A stretch of DNA of 63,872 bases, counting the filler, from Octopus bimaculoides (taxonomy: Eukaryota): the NCBI RefSeq assembly GCF_001194135.2. It is 5 parts of 5 records of this genome, joined end to end, with 100 filler letters (N's around TTAATTAATTAA, not from the genome) between each part and the next. Parts side by side here need not be neighbours in the genome. Positions count along the whole stretch, not along the records: positions 22,823 to 36,162 come from NC_068988.1; positions 36,263 to 50,345 come from NC_068989.1; 3 more parts are not named here. One strand, given 5' to 3'. Within the stretch, counting starts at the first letter, position 1. The number at the start of each line of letters is the position of its first letter. The translations under genes and the position numbers were made by a program. Below are positions 27,101 through 41,484 of this stretch, in pieces. Below the pieces are notes generated by a model that saw only the letters and a program-made list of their open reading frames with translations, ran no database searches and had not been told where the DNA came from.

Positions 27101-27734
27101 CGCTGCCTTTTATTAATCGAACAGTGTAGGGAAATTTTTTTCTCTCTTGTCGGGTGATTAGAGAGAGAAATGCGAATTTGATTAAAGAGTTGGCTGACTA
27201 TGGCGAACATGGTTAGACTGAATGAACTATTCTAAGCATGTGCCTGTACGTCTGGCTCTTGATGGTCAGAATGATCTTAGATGAAACAAAATCCTGTTTC
27301 AGGAGGAAAGTATTATTCATTTGGATGCTATGTAAATTTATTATCTCACTCCCTCCCTTTGTTTTCTTTCCGTTTTTCTTCCTCGCCTGATGTTATATAA
27401 ATCGCAACAATATATGGAAACCGCTTTTGTAAAGTTCATTTCATCCGACGCCCTTAGTGGCAAATAAAGAAAATTAAATAGTCCTAAGAGTAACGTATTG
27501 GCAGAATTATTAGATTGTTCGAGTAAAATATCTTGTAGCATTTTGTTTGATGTTTTACATTGTGAATTCAAATCTCGCTGAGGTCACTCTTGACTTTTTT
27601 CCTTCCGCAATAAATAAAATAACGTACCAGTCACGAATCTTCTGTTCGAATTAAACAATTTAGCCTTGTTTTTTAAATTTATGACTTTGTGACTAGTTAG
27701 AAACTATCCTTTCTAGTATCATAATTATTTTTAA

Positions 27735-27910
27735 GGCGACGAGCTGGCAAAAACATTAGCACCCCAGGCGAAATGCTTAGGGAGGTCGACTTTACCTTTC
27801 ATCTTTCCGGGGGTGATAAAATGAATACTAGTTGACCCCTGCCACTGATGTAATCGATTTATCTTCTCCTCTAAAATTGCTGACCTTATACCAAAATTTG
27901 CAATCATTAT
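27735..27910 (+). mobile_element. SINE family C with internal deletion
   Basis: ggcgacgagctggcaaaaacattagcac...gaaatgcttag joins directly to gaggtcgactttacctttcatc. Confidence 0.75.
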
Positions 27911-28057
27911 TATGATCGTCTTTCATCTGTTACTTATTTCAATGGCACCGTATTATTTGCACAAATCAACCCAAGTACTCACTTTTAAGTCCGGTACTTA
28001 TTCTACGGGGATTTAAACAAACTAACACCGGCTGTAAATGTTAAGTGGTTGGGGCAG

Positions 28058-28107
<50 letters not shown>

Positions 28108-28287
28108 CTACTGGATTTACTGAGCATTTAAACCGATTTTCTGCTTGTTTCTCTGATATCAGACAAACTGATGCAGACACCTCTGATCAGAATCTAATGA
28201 GAATCGAAAATCGATTAAGGCTGTTCATTATTTATTCAGTCAACGAAGAAATGAGTTAATTTGCCCGTTTTATATATCTACTACATA

Positions 28288-28678
28288 GATGTTGTGTTAA
28301 GAAGCTTGTTTCTCAACTACATAGTTCCAGGTTCAGTCCCACTGCGTGACACCTTGATCAAGTGTTTTCTACTATAGCCTCGGGGCCTCGGGACAACCAA
28401 AACCTTGTGAGTGGATTTGGCTACCGGAAACTGAAAGAAGCCCGTCGTATATGTGTGTGTGTGTGTGTGATTGTGTATCTATGTGTTTCTCTGTCTGTGT
28501 CTGTCCCCGCCACCACTTGACTGGTGGTGGTGTTTACGTAACTTAGCGGTTCGACAAAAGTGACCGATAGAATAAGTAGTAGATCTCCAAAATAAGTCCT
28601 TGTGTCGATTTGGTCGACTAAAAGCCCTTCAAAGCAGTTCTCCGGCATGGCCGCAGTCAAATGACTGAAACAAGTTAA
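28288..28678 (+). mobile_element. SINE family A, near-full copy
   Basis: Head (gttcagtcccactgcg...gaaagaagcccgtcg), (TG)n spacer, and tail ending gactgaaacaag. Confidence 0.85.
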
Positions 28679-28679
28679 T

Positions 28680-28767
<88 letters not shown>

Positions 28768-28768
<1 letters not shown>

Positions 28769-28920
28769 AGGCTTTCACACGGTTACTGTAAACCAAATTC
28801 ACTTACATTGGTCAGCCCGGTGCCATAGTGGGGGACACTTGCCCAAGGTGGTGCGCAGTGGGACTGAATCCATAAGCACATGTTTGTAAAGCGAGCCTCT
28901 TAACTGCACGTCCATAACCG
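28768..28920 (-). mobile_element. SINE family A head
   Basis: Reverse complement of the head (gacacttgcccaaggtggtgcgcagtgggactgaa), directly after (CA)n at 28685-28767. Confidence 0.8.
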
Positions 28921-29119
28921 CTTGCTGTCACCATTATCAAACAAAGAACGCAATAGATGTGAGAATGCATTGATCGCAGAACAAAGTACCTTCCGGTATC
29001 AAGTCAAGACCCTCTACGCTCCGGTTTCGAATTCCGACAGGATTGATTTTGGTCGACTACACAACTCACTCCACTCGAATATGGGACCGGGTGCCCAGAA
29101 AACGAATGACTATTGCAGC

Positions 29120-29144
29120 AGCAACAACAGCAGTAGCAGCTGTT

Positions 29145-29187
<43 letters not shown>

Positions 29188-29561
29188 AGAAAAGAGAAAC
29201 TGGCTCCAATTTATCCTTGATCAAGGATATTTCAGCCGAGACCATTCCGCCTTATGTTGGCCTTTTCATTTCATGCATGGTAAATATAGGATCACGTCCT
29301 ACGCTTTTCCATATTTTTGATAGGCTAGGGTGTTATTTGAAGACAATTTTGGCTGCTACTTCTAGTCAGTGTATTGAGCTGTTGTGACAGCAGCGGCAGT
29401 AATAGTAGTTGTAGTAGAAGTAGTAATAGTAGCAGCAACAGCAGCAGGAACAGCTGCAGTCGTAGTAGAAGACGAGTTAAAAAAGCAACAGCTGTAGTTG
29501 TGGGGGTTGTAGCAGTTAAAGTACTAGCAATAGTAATCGTAGCAGCAGCAGCGGCAGCAGC

Positions 29562-29592
<31 letters not shown>

Positions 29593-29760
29593 AAATTGCA
29601 ATGATTATGGAATAGTAGTAATAATTGTAGTGGTAGTGGTGTTTAGTGTAGCTGTAGTATTGGTTATTACTACAACAGTAGCAGCTACAATAACACCATG
29701 AACAATAGCTTAGACAAATACCACCACGTCTACTACTACCGCTACCACTAACACCTCGCG
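29120..29760. repeat. (GTA/GCA)n low-complexity block
   Basis: Visible runs. Another lies at 30395-30665. Confidence 0.85.
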
Positions 29761-29971
29761 CCAGCGAACCACAACGTAGTTGCACGATTTGCTAAAAGTA
29801 GCAGTTAAATCTCCCTCAAAATCACATTCTACCCGTCTTAGAAAAAGGACGTGATGAATAATGTGATCTTAAGGTTCACTGGACAAAAGAAACAGAACGG
29901 TTGGTCATGTTTGGAACGCATCTTAGCATTGGTCAGCTCGCACTTCACATGAAGATATAAACAATTACAGC

Positions 29972-30185
29972 CAGTGGTAGAGGGCAGAATCGTTAACATG
30001 CCGGACGAAATGCTTAGTGGTATTTCGTCCGTCTTTACGTTCTGAGTTCAAATTCAGCCGAGGTCGACTTTACCTTTCATCCTTTCGGGGTCGATGACGA
30101 AGTACCAGTCAAGCACTGATGTCGATGTAATCAGCTATCCCTGTCCCCCCACAAAATTTCAGGCCTTGGGCCTTAAGTAAAAAGG

Positions 30186-30231
<46 letters not shown>

Positions 30232-30395
30232 GTCTGTCTTACGTTCTGAGTTCAAACTCCGCCGAGGTCGATTTTTGCCTTTCATCCTTTCGGGGGTCGA
30301 TAAAATAAGTACCAGTTGAACACTGGAGTAGATTTAATCGACTCATCCTTCCCACGAAATTGCTGGCCTTGTGCCAAAATTTGAAATTATAATTA
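29972..30395 (+). mobile_element. SINE family C tandem pair (full copy + (TTA)n + 5'-truncated copy)
   Basis: The first copy ends aaggattattatt...(to 30230). The second restarts at cgtctgtcttacgttctgagttcaaa. Confidence 0.85.
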
Positions 30396-31433
30396 TTAGT
30401 AGTAGCAGTAGCAGTAGCAACAGCAGTATTAGTAGCAGTAGAATTAGCAGCAGCAGCAGTAGTAGCTGCAACAATAGTAGCAGCAGTAGTCGTGGCAGTG
30501 GCAGTGGTGGTAATTGTTGCAGCTGCAGCAACAGCAGCAGTAGCTGTAGTAGCAGCAGAGCAGAGCTGTAGTAGCAGCAGAAACAGTGGTCGTTGTACTA
30601 GCAGCAGCAGCAGCAGCAGCGGTATCACTAACAGCAACTACAACATCTACAACAACAGCAATAGCAGAGCGCACGCACGCACACACACACACCCACACGT
30701 TCGCGCGCGCATACACACACCACACACACACACACACACACATACTACTCATGCGCGTGTCAGTCACCGTCATAGCTTTTGATCGTGTTTTGCCGCAGTA
30801 GCGCAAGCACATCGCTCAGGTATTTCACAGTTTCGGTCGAAACACATAACAACGCTACAGCCATTGAGCCACACAGCCGCACAATTACACAACATAAACC
30901 CCACAACACAACATTACGTATATATATATAAACATATATAATACTATAGAAACACACCGACTTAAAATGACACAGACATTCAACACCACCGCTACCATCA
31001 CAGTTAAACAACACTATATGATCCCTCTGCAACACACCTCCACGCATAGACACAATTACTAGTCTTTTACAGACTTAAATTTTATACAATTATATATTAT
31101 ATACATACAGAGAATATGCACACCAATATTATATATTAAGCAATACAGTAGACACAGCACCACCACAGACACATATATACACAAACACGCACATACATTT
31201 ACCTATATACACACACACACACATATATATATATATATTTGTATTTCTCGTTCCTGTGTTCGAAATATTTTCACGGATTATTTTTTTTAAGTCAGTCGCC
31301 TGTTGATTCGATCCGGTATACTGATTTCTTTTTTCTTTCTCTTCTTCGGTGTATGAGTGCGTGTATGCATGTGAGTCACTCTCGTTCCTCTCTTGCATTC
31401 TCAGTTCATTCATTCATTCAAACATACATACAT

Positions 31434-31470
<37 letters not shown>

Positions 31471-32286
31471 TAGACAGACAGACAGACTAACGGACAAACG
31501 GAGCGATAGCAAGCTGCCTAGATAAATAGATTCGAGTAGCAGTCTTGTTAGGGCATCTTCGCCGACTTCAGTAACTTCTAGAAACAAAGAGAAAGTGCGA
31601 CAAGGAAAGAAAAAAACAACAAAGCAAAAGAATACGAACAACAAAACACTTCCCATAGTTTATTTCTCAGTCCCCATCTCACACTCGACTCGTGTATATA
31701 TATATANNNNNNNNNNNNNNNNNNNNNNNNNNNNNNNNNNNNNNNNNNNNNNNNNNNNNNNNNNNNNNNNNNNNNNNNNNNNNNNNNNNNNNNNNNNNNN
31801 NNNNTATCCCTGTCTCTATTCACGCACACACACAGCACCAATTTGCCGGAACCTTTTGTTCCAAGGCCTTTCCAGATAATCTTTTTTCGAACCAGTGGTG
31901 GTCACTTTGGGTCAACACACTCTAATTAAAACAAATATTAGATTGACTGCAATTATTAGATGAAACTCACGCACTTCTACGTTACTGTAAATTAAATTTG
32001 TGCGGGTTATGAGACGTATCGAGCCATCAGTGTCTGAAAAATCTATGTTGTATATGTTGTGTATATATATTGCAAAGCATAACAAAGAAAAATAAAGAAA
32101 CAAAAATTAAAAAAGAAACGAAAGAAAAAGACATAAAACTAGTTAATCCACACGTTATAAAAAAGAAATGTCCATATAGGTTTGCTTCCTTCTATTTAGA
32201 TCATCCGTAAGACGATCGTCATCTAATAACTGCTGCATTGCCTGCTATACGACATTTTATCCTATCTACCATATATTGCACACACA

Positions 32287-32382
<96 letters not shown>

Positions 32383-32606
32383 TTCACGGACACATGACAC
32401 AAACATAGAAGCACACACGCACGGACTAACAAATATACATATAAGCACATTCACACAAACACACAGATTATATAGATACATATATAAGTGCACACACGGA
32501 CACACATGGACTCCCGGACTGGGCAGACAGATAGAACATTGGAAATAAAGGAATAACTCCAGACATTTGTCTTGACTAACTGTATCTCTCTCTCCCTCCC
32601 TTTTTC

Positions 32607-32643
<37 letters not shown>

Positions 32644-33072
32644 GCCCTTCTTTTTTTTCTTTGTGTTCGCCTCACGCACACAAAGCATCAAATACAGAAG
32701 AAAGGATTTTAAAAAATAACTTAAGCTCATGGTCATTTGTTCCTCCTCCTCCTCCTCCTTCTTCTCCTCCTACCCTTCATCATCATCACCACAATCATCA
32801 GTATCACCAGTAACACCGCTCTCAGTAGCAGTTTTGTCACAGAAAGGCGGCGAACGGTACTCGTTGTCCGTTTATCGTTCCTCATCTACAAACACACACT
32901 CCCACATACAGACATTCACAGACACACGCACACACTTATGTATACGTGCATGCATACAGATCTATATTCATATAGGCGCGGAGATATACATCCATGCAAT
33001 ACCATGCATGCATCCATAAACGCTTATTGAAGGCAGTTGTTTAACGTTGTGCATACTTTGAACTCACTACCC

Positions 33073-33104
<32 letters not shown>

Positions 33105-35088
33105 CTGTCTGTCTATCACATCATTTCTATCACTCACTGTTCTCTCTCTTCCTTTCACTTCACTCACTCTCTTTTCGTTATCTCTCTTTCCGCTTCTCTT
33201 CTGTAGTATCCTGTACTCTCCGTTTCCTCCTTCACGTTGTCTCTGTTTTAGTTGCTTCTCCGCTTTTCAATTCGTTTCCTTACCCACACGTACTGAACTC
33301 GGTTTTACATGGTATTATTTACTACCCCCCCCCAAAAAAAAAAAACAAAAACGAATTATTTACGACAAAAAAAAAAACAAAAGAGAAAACAAACAAAAAA
33401 AGCCGTGGATATACAAACAGTTCAACACCCAAATTGATAAGTAGCACATCCTTTTATATCTTACACACACATACATACACACAAAACCGCTTATCGCAAT
33501 CGTATAACAAGACTTTTTACATTGTGGAACGCATAACATACATGTTTGTGTGTATGAGAGCATGCGTATGTATTCGGCGGACTATTAAGGTTTAAATAAC
33601 AACACCATTCAATTCACATCACTCCTGTTCATACTTNNNNNNNNNNNNNNNNNNNNNNNNNNNNNNNNNNNNNNNNNNNNNNNNNNNNNNNNNNNNNNNN
33701 NNNNNNNNNNNNNNNNNNNNNNNNNNNNNNNNNNNNNNNNNNNNNNNNNNNNNNNNNNNNNNNNNNNNNNNNNNNNNNNNNNNNNNNNNNNNNNNNNNNN
33801 NNNNNNNNNNNNNNNNNNNNNNNNNNNNNNNNNNNNNNNNNNNNNNNNNNNNNNNNNNNNNNNNNNNNNNNNNNNNNNNNNNNNNNNNNNNNNNNNNNNN
33901 NNNNNNNNNNNNNNNNCATTAATATCTACCCACAGACTTTATACATACATTCTGGTTTCGTCGTTGATGCTGTTTGTGTGACACACCTGAACGGATTTTT
34001 CGGCGCATGCCCATCGTCTAAAAACAACCTGCTCACCTGCCTGTTACCCAGGTTTTACTTCAATGCTGATCCTTACCCGAAGAAAAAGAAGATGAAAAAC
34101 ACATAGAAATAGGGACAGAGGGAGATAGAGAGACGGAAAAAAACAAACAAAAAGGTGAGAAAGACAAAGTGCGTTTGAGTGAGTGCGTGTGGGGGTGTGG
34201 GTGTGGGTGTTGAGTGTGTGTGAGTGAGTGTGTGTGTGCGTGCGTGTGAGTGTGTGTTTAAGTGTGAGTGAGTGTGGTTGAGTGAGTGTGCGTGCTTGAG
34301 TGAGTGTGTGAGTGTTTGAGAGCGTGTGTGTAGGCGTGTTAGTGTGTGAGTGACTGTGTGTGTATGTGTGTGTGTAAGTAAGCACTCAAAACAGTGAAGT
34401 GCTTGAAATATTAAGAATAACAATAATAAATCCTCATGCGCATATACTAACACAGACACACATACACAAACACACGTTCACACACATATACATACATACA
34501 TATTCACACATGCGTTTTCTGCGTATACATGCTCACACACACAGCATCAACAGCGACAAAAAAAAAAAGATTACATCAGCAACAACCACAGGCATTAACG
34601 ATAAAACAAGGAAAGAAGGAAGAAAGGAAGAAAATACGAAACAAAAATATAATAAACGAAATCAAATGAACAAGAAAAAAAGAAACGCAATATATCTTTT
34701 CTGAATTCGAACCTTGAACGAATCGTTTCGGTTATAATTACTGAGAGAAAAACGTGAGGAAGTATAGCAGAAGGAAAATACATGCACATTGAGAATCGAA
34801 CGTGAATCTCGACGTTGCGAAGACGTACTGTGATAGTCCTGCCTTTTACTTTCTGTTTTATATATATATTTATTATATTATATTATATTATATTGTATTA
34901 TATTATATTATATTATACATACATACATACATAATTGTATATACAACAATACAACAAACCAACAAGCTTGTATAAACAGATATAGTTCTGTATACACTCG
35001 CTCAATAATACTGACATACATACACACACATTTATATATACACACCCTTTCTCTCTCTCTCTCTCTCTCTCTCGCTNNNNNNNNNNCG

Positions 35089-35122
<34 letters not shown>

Positions 35123-35500
35123 AAAATTGGGAGTGAAGGGAGTCAAAATTTGTGCAAAGGCAGAGCACGTCGCTGCCCTACCAACACACTCACACTCACA
35201 CACAAATATTCGGATGCATGCATGTACACAGACAAACGCACACACACACACACATACATATATACATAGTGAGACTCGGAGGTGCACATATACCCACCCC
35301 ACTTTTACACATGCCATACACAATACGCACGCCGCCAGGAGCCAGACACAGGCATATATGTCTCATAGAACCACACAAACACACACATAGACATAAACAT
35401 AAACACAAACACAAACAACAACGGCAACAACATACTTACATAGACTACATACACTGATCAAAGCACAGCACACCGACAGGTGGCGTCCTTACCATTGTGA

Positions 35501-35554
<54 letters not shown>

Positions 35555-36162
35555 TTACGTATCTGTCTATCTATCTGTCAAGTGGTATTAGCCCTATTAT
35601 AACACTCACATTCATACATACATACGTACATACATACATACATACATACAAGTGGTCACCAACAATATTACACTAACACCAGCACTAGAACACTATCACC
35701 ACCACTTCCACCACCATCATCACCTCCACCTCCACCACTAGCCTTGTACTACCACCCCTGCACTTACACTACAAAACTGCCATCGCCCCCTATCATCAGC
35801 ATCATTGTCTCATTACCGTCCACATCTTCGCCAACAGCAACAAGACCAACCAGCCTTAAAGGATAACACACCACACACAAACACAAACACGAAATCAAAA
35901 CAAAATAAAACAAAAAAAAACAAACAAACAAACAAGAAAACAAGATTGATGATGAGGAAGATGATGATGACGATGATGAAGATAATGATGATGGTAATAA
36001 TAATAACAGAACAAAACAGGAAGGTCTTCTAAAGAAAAGAGAAAGAAAAACAAAAACAAAAACAAAACAAAACAACCCTTCCCTTATCGATACCCTGCCC
36101 CTCAAACTCCTGAAAACAAGGAGGAAAAAAATAAAAGCCTATATATATATATATATATATAT

Positions 36163-36262
36163 NNNNNNNNNNNNNNNNNNNNNNNNNNNNNNNNNNNNNN
36201 NNNNNNTTAATTAATTAANNNNNNNNNNNNNNNNNNNNNNNNNNNNNNNNNNNNNNNNNNNN
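36163..36262. other. Artificial scaffold join
   Basis: 44 N + TTAATTAATTAA (36207-36218) + 44 N. Confidence 0.95.
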
Positions 36263-36757
36263 TTTTTTTTTTTTTTTTGTCGGTCTCGCTGCTTGACAGA
36301 ATGAGATTGGTATCCATTTTTTGTCAGAATTACAAACTTTCCCAGAAAAAAAAAAAACAGGAAAAAAAATTGGAAAAAAAAATCTCCCAAAATTCAGAAA
36401 ATTAAAAAAACACATCAGTTGATGTCCAAAACTAGTTCAATTGTTTACGCAGTGCAATCGCATGTTTTTACGAATGTACTAACGAGATTTGCTCTGACAT
36501 TCTTATTTAAATATGAATATGTGATTACAGGTGGTTTTGGGCGCTTTGGTCATTTGAATCAAAATTTTTTTCAGGCAGCTTTGGGCTGTTTGGTAAAGAA
36601 AGGGTTAAGGACTATAGGATGTCAGTAGATTATAAGCTTGAGTTTATCAGTATATTTGCTTATATTTTAATCAGGAGCAATCTACTGTTAACTTTTTAAC
36701 ATGATTTATTTTTTGCTGTCTTCGCTCTCCTATAATTGTATTTTCTTCAATTTATAG

Positions 36758-36919
36758 TTTGTGGAAATTGGTCGTGTAAGTGGTATAGAAAATAACCACA
36801 AACAAGTTGAGGTTGCGAAAAAAGGGCAAGAAGTGTGTATTAAAATAGAACCAATCCCTGGTGAAGCGCCAAAAATGTTTGGACGACATTTTGATCATAC
36901 AGACATGATAATGAGTAAA
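36758..36919 (+). CDS. EIF5B: Eukaryotic translation initiation factor 5B, penultimate coding exon
   Basis: AG acceptor at 36756-36757 and GTAAGT donor at 36920. Encodes FVEIGRVSGIENNHKQVEVAKKGQEVCIKIEPIPGEAPKMFGRHFDHTDMIMSK, matching eIF5B domain IV. Confidence 0.95.
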
Positions 36920-37499
36920 GTAAGTAATTTTGGAGAATTGTTAATATTCTGAGAAATTTGAAATCATTAGTCATACTTTGTTCTTTTTAAATGTTTAATT
37001 AGCCCAATCTGCCAGTCATTTCAATTTACATAGTCTGTTAGTAGATCCTGGTCAATGGTTTAATGACCATTATAGTACAATTAATGGAAAATGGTGTTTA
37101 AAATGTCTTCAAAATTCCTTTCTTTATACTGCGATCTTGGAAAATACCTATAATATTTAGAAGTGTTACAGGTATATTTAGAAATAACAGTAACCTCTAC
37201 TGCAAATTTGTAGTAAAGATATTTGATATGAGTGTCTGTGTCAGCTAAATTAAAAACAAAAACATTTTTAGCATTCTCAGTGAGAAAATCTTCAAAAACT
37301 AGTTGACTTGAGTTTTTTTTCTTTTTTTTTTTCTTTATCTAAGACCAAACTCACTCATAAATTCTTTAGATTTAATAGACATTCTTATAAGAAATAGAAA
37401 TGGTTTTAAGAAAGTTCTTATTCTACATATATTCAACAAAAATGTTGAGTATGTATTTTAACTTTCGTGTTATGAATTTTGTTTTTTATTTGATTGTAG

Positions 37500-37607
37500 A
37501 TTTCCAGACAATCCATTGATGTGGTAAAAGACTACTTTCGAGATGAAATGACCAAAAATGATTGGCAATTGATTGTTGAACTAAAGAAACTTTTTCAAAT
37601 TATTTAG
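37500..37607 (+). CDS. EIF5B: eIF5B last coding exon
   Basis: AG acceptor at 37498-37499, phase 0. Encodes ISRQSIDVVKDYFRDEMTKNDWQLIVELKKLFQII*, the canonical eIF5B C-terminus. The intron 36920-37499 is GT-AG. Confidence 0.95.
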   Translation: MSRQSIDVVKDYFRDEMTKNDWQLIVELKKLFQII

Positions 37608-37861
37608 TTATATCTAAAGAAAAACTGTGAGCATTTTTTTGAAATAATGTAACAACACTGCCTAAAATGCTTTATTTTAAGCTGATTATCTGATTGTGAA
37701 TGCGTATGTATGCATGCATGTGTGCATGTTTGTACATGTGTGTTTGTGATCTTTAAAATGATGTCTCTGCTGGCAACAGAAGTTGCTAAGATCTCAATAT
37801 TATTGACCATAGAAATGGCATCAAATAACACTGATTTTGATTTCATCAGATATCAACTCCA

Positions 37862-38018
37862 AATAAATGTATATATTTCCCATGTTTAACTTAACAGTCA
37901 TGTAAAATTCAGTGGGATCATATGTAAATGATGTTGCAAATGGTCATGGGAAGAAAAATCTGCCATAAAATTGTTTTTGTTGAACTGGTTTGCCATTGAA
38001 CTTTTTACTGAAAATAAA
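37862..38018 (+). promoter_or_regulatory. Candidate eIF5B polyadenylation signals
   Basis: AATAAA at 37862-37867 and 38013-38018. This is weak evidence in AT-rich DNA. Confidence 0.3.
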
Positions 38019-38339
38019 ATCCACCAAGCTATTTATGACTTGTTGAGAGATGATAAAACACAATAATTATGTATAAACTTATGAATAAAGATATTAGATT
38101 TGGCATTTGTACATTATCTACAAATCTTGTAACAGATGCATGCATGGACAATTACATTTCCTACAAGGTAGATTATTTGAAAAAGCGGATATCAGAATTT
38201 GTGATTAACTTTCTCAGATCAGTCTTTCAGTTTTCTTTCATTGGGTTATGGCTGTTATTTTCCACAATAATCCATCATAATCTAAAGGTGAAGACTTGTG
38301 TAAGGTTACCAAAACATATTCTTCACCCAGTCCTATATC

Positions 38340-38587
38340 TTCTCTGCCCACTATTCCTGGGACAGTCATGAGTGTAGATTCCTCAGGCACCTCCTCCATT
38401 GGGTCCTATCAGAAGCAACTGTCATTAGACTTTCCAGCTGGATTCTCAGGCATGACCAACTGAGACTGGATATTATCCAACCATTTCTTTCTTGCTCTAC
38501 CTCTAGATCTCTTGTTGGTTGGCTCAGCTTGAAGAATCCATCCTGCGACTCTTTCCTGCAACATTCTTATCACATGTCCATAATATC
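38340..38587 (-). mobile_element. RTE-clade LINE ORF C-terminal remnant
   Basis: Minus strand reads YYGHVIRMLQERVAGWILQAEPTNKRSRGRARKKWLDNI (the GH..RM...R.RGR.R..W.D motif). Confidence 0.8.
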
Positions 38588-39959
38588 ACATACTCTAAGA
38601 TTTTATAAGATTATTATTATTATTACTTCTACTATTCTGCTGCTCTGCCCACTCTCTTCTTACCTTCCCTAACTTATGCATCATTGTTCATCTCCCATCC
38701 ATTATCCATCTCTTTAATCCACCCTTCAACCTCATCTAATCATTACAGTTGTTACTTACTCCCCCTATCCTCTCCTGTTCTCCCATCTCTTGCTCCCCCA
38801 TGTACTCTTGCAAACTTCCACCCATCCACACTTCTAGTTCTTCTGTTCCTACTCACTTCTTCATGCACTCCTCCAAATGTGAATAACCATGTAACTCCTC
38901 CACAAAAACCAACTTGCTCCTCTCTCCCTTTCTCTTACATTTCAACTCTTTATCTCCTAGCATAAAGCCCCTTGCCCAGCCTTGGATCTCAGAGCCTTGT
39001 GAACTGCATCGCAACCTCACTAGTGCCATTGGTATGGCACAAAAAATGCACCTAGTATATGCTATAAAGTGATTGGCTTTTTAGGGAAGGCATCCAGCTG
39101 TGGAAACAATGCCAAAGCAGAATTGGAACATAGTGCAATCTTGGGGCTCATCAGATTCTGTCAAACCATCCAACTGTGTGGAGCATGAACATTAAATGAT
39201 GATTATAATGATGTTCAACCTCAGTGGCAAGTTCTTTTGTTGAAATCCAAGCTTTGTAGGGTTATTCTTTTTCCATATGTCATGTAAGCATTGATTCCTA
39301 TATAGTTATAATTAAAATGTTTTTACTCAGGGAAGAGAATTTCTATATGATTACTACTAAATACCACTTCAATGAATGGTCAAATTCGAAAAATACTGTG
39401 AACCAATTTCCCACTAAATATTAGCAATACCTGGATATAAAATTCTGATAAATAAAAAGTAGTGCTTACCAAAATAAAATGTATGCTGTAGATTTGTAGG
39501 CATGCAAAAAGTGTTGGTAGGAATCAACACTGCCAAGAGATTGTTGGTTATTCCATGACTGAACTGAGCATGGCCAGTGGTCTTAGCAGTCTGGCTGAAA
39601 TAAAGGATGATGTTAGCTGAAAATTAAGCAAGAGATGCAAGTGGTCTTTAATAATTCAGGATCATTACAAAGTCCTATAGAGAGAAAGTGGAGCTGTAAT
39701 ATAATGACTGTAGCCTTATGTATCATCTGATAGAAGTGGATGGAAGGAATTCATGCTCAGTGTGATAGCAGATCTTGAAGTAACCATTGTCTGAAAGTTG
39801 GATTCTTGTTTGAAGCTCATGTTAAAATTGTGTAGTGTCGGACAAAAATGTATGTTGAGAATTCAATAATGTTGAAAAACTTAATTTCAGGAATAACTAC
39901 TGGCAATGTTTTGTCTTCCTTGTTACAGTAGTGTAGTTTAGTAATTTATGGTTGATCAT

Positions 39960-40145
39960 GTCAGTGCAATGAGTAGTTCTCAAAAATAAAGCAGCTGATC
40001 ATTTAATGTAGACGGAGCTTGTGAAAGAAAGAGACTTAAGAAGACTTGGGGTGAAGTAGTGATGGCTGATCTCAGGATTTTGAAGTTCATGGAGATGACA
40101 AAGAATCAATATGCAGTGCTTGATAAGACCTGCCTATCACAACAA
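39960..40145 (+). mobile_element. RTE-clade C-terminal remnant
   Basis: Reads GACERKRLKKTWGEVVMADLRIL, similar to G...RGRP.KTW.EVV..DL. Confidence 0.55.
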
Positions 40146-40167
40146 AACTGATGTGATGAAAGTACTA

Positions 40168-40201
<34 letters not shown>

Positions 40202-40310
40202 TCTCTCTCTTTCCTTTCCCGAGCGTCTAGTAACACAATCTGTATCACGTCCTCACGTTGTTTTTTGTTGTTGTTCTTTTGTCTTTCCTTTTTTTGAACA
40301 TATATATATA

Positions 40311-40620
40311 GTGGAGGCACAATGGCCCAGTGGTTAGGGCAGTGGACACGTGGTCATAAGATCGCAGTTTCAATTCCCAGACCGGGCGTTGTGAGTGTTT
40401 ATTGAGCGAAAACACCTAAAGCCCCACGAGGCTCCAGCAGGGGATGGTGGTGGACCCTGCTGTACTCTCTCACCACAACTTTCTCGCACTCTTACTTCCT
40501 GTTTCTGTTGTGCCTGTAATTCAAAGGGTCGGCCTTGTCACACTGTGTCACACTGAATATCACCGAGAACTACGTTAAGGGTACATGTGTCTGTGGACTG
40601 CTCAGCCACTTGCACGTTAT
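40311..40620 (+). mobile_element. tRNA-derived SINE family B (core B + tail 2)
   Basis: A-box TGGCCCAGTGG, degenerate B-box agtttcaattc, core aaaacacctaaagc...ccacaactttctc, and tail gtgcctgtaattcaaaggg. Confidence 0.85.
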
Positions 40621-41484
40621 AATAGCAATACTTTCATCATCCTCTTCTCTACTTCTGATTATCTTTTCCACTCTTTGGAATCGCTTCCTTTTGACATCCA
40701 TCCTAATTTTTATCATCTCTTCCCTGAACTACTTCCTATTGACTGACTTTTATGTTCCTCTGACCTCCTCTCTTATCATTACACATCTCTCACTCCCCCT
40801 ACCCACATATTCTTGCAACATTTACCCAACCAACACCCACCAAACATCTCATCCTTCTCCCTATTTATTGTATTATTTTTTTGCTGCTCTTTACCCACCC
40901 TTATTCACCATTCATTATATTTGCCCCTTTCTCATTTCTCACCTCTCTGCCATACTTTCATTGTCAAGAGGACTTCTTTCTCTTGAGAGTTACTTGATGG
41001 CCTTATTTATGTTGGTGCCATTGAAAAAGCACCCAATGTTCTGTAAAGTGGTGCATTTTAAGAGGCACATCCAATCAAACCATGTCAAAGCAGATATTGG
41101 AGCACAATGCAGTCCTTCGATTCATCAAATCTGTCAAATCATCCAACTCCTGCCAGTATTGAAGACACTAAATGAGGATGGTGTTGATTAAGATGACAAC
41201 AACAAGCCATTGAAAGCATAAGTTTGCATATTTCAAACTAGTATTGAAGCACAGTTTGTGTGTCAAAGCAGAATTCATGTATTAAAAATCAAAAGGCTGC
41301 AGTTTGAATTTTTTCGGTCATCAGTTGTAAGTTTATTTTTCATTTAATAAACCACAGGCAAAATAAAGAATGCATATGGTATGAACAGGAAGTTCTGAAA
41401 ATAAGCTAAACTTTGTTTCTTGCACAGAAGTGTGCTTAGTTCACATTTTTTTAGCCCCAAGCAACATTATTTGAATTGTGGTTG

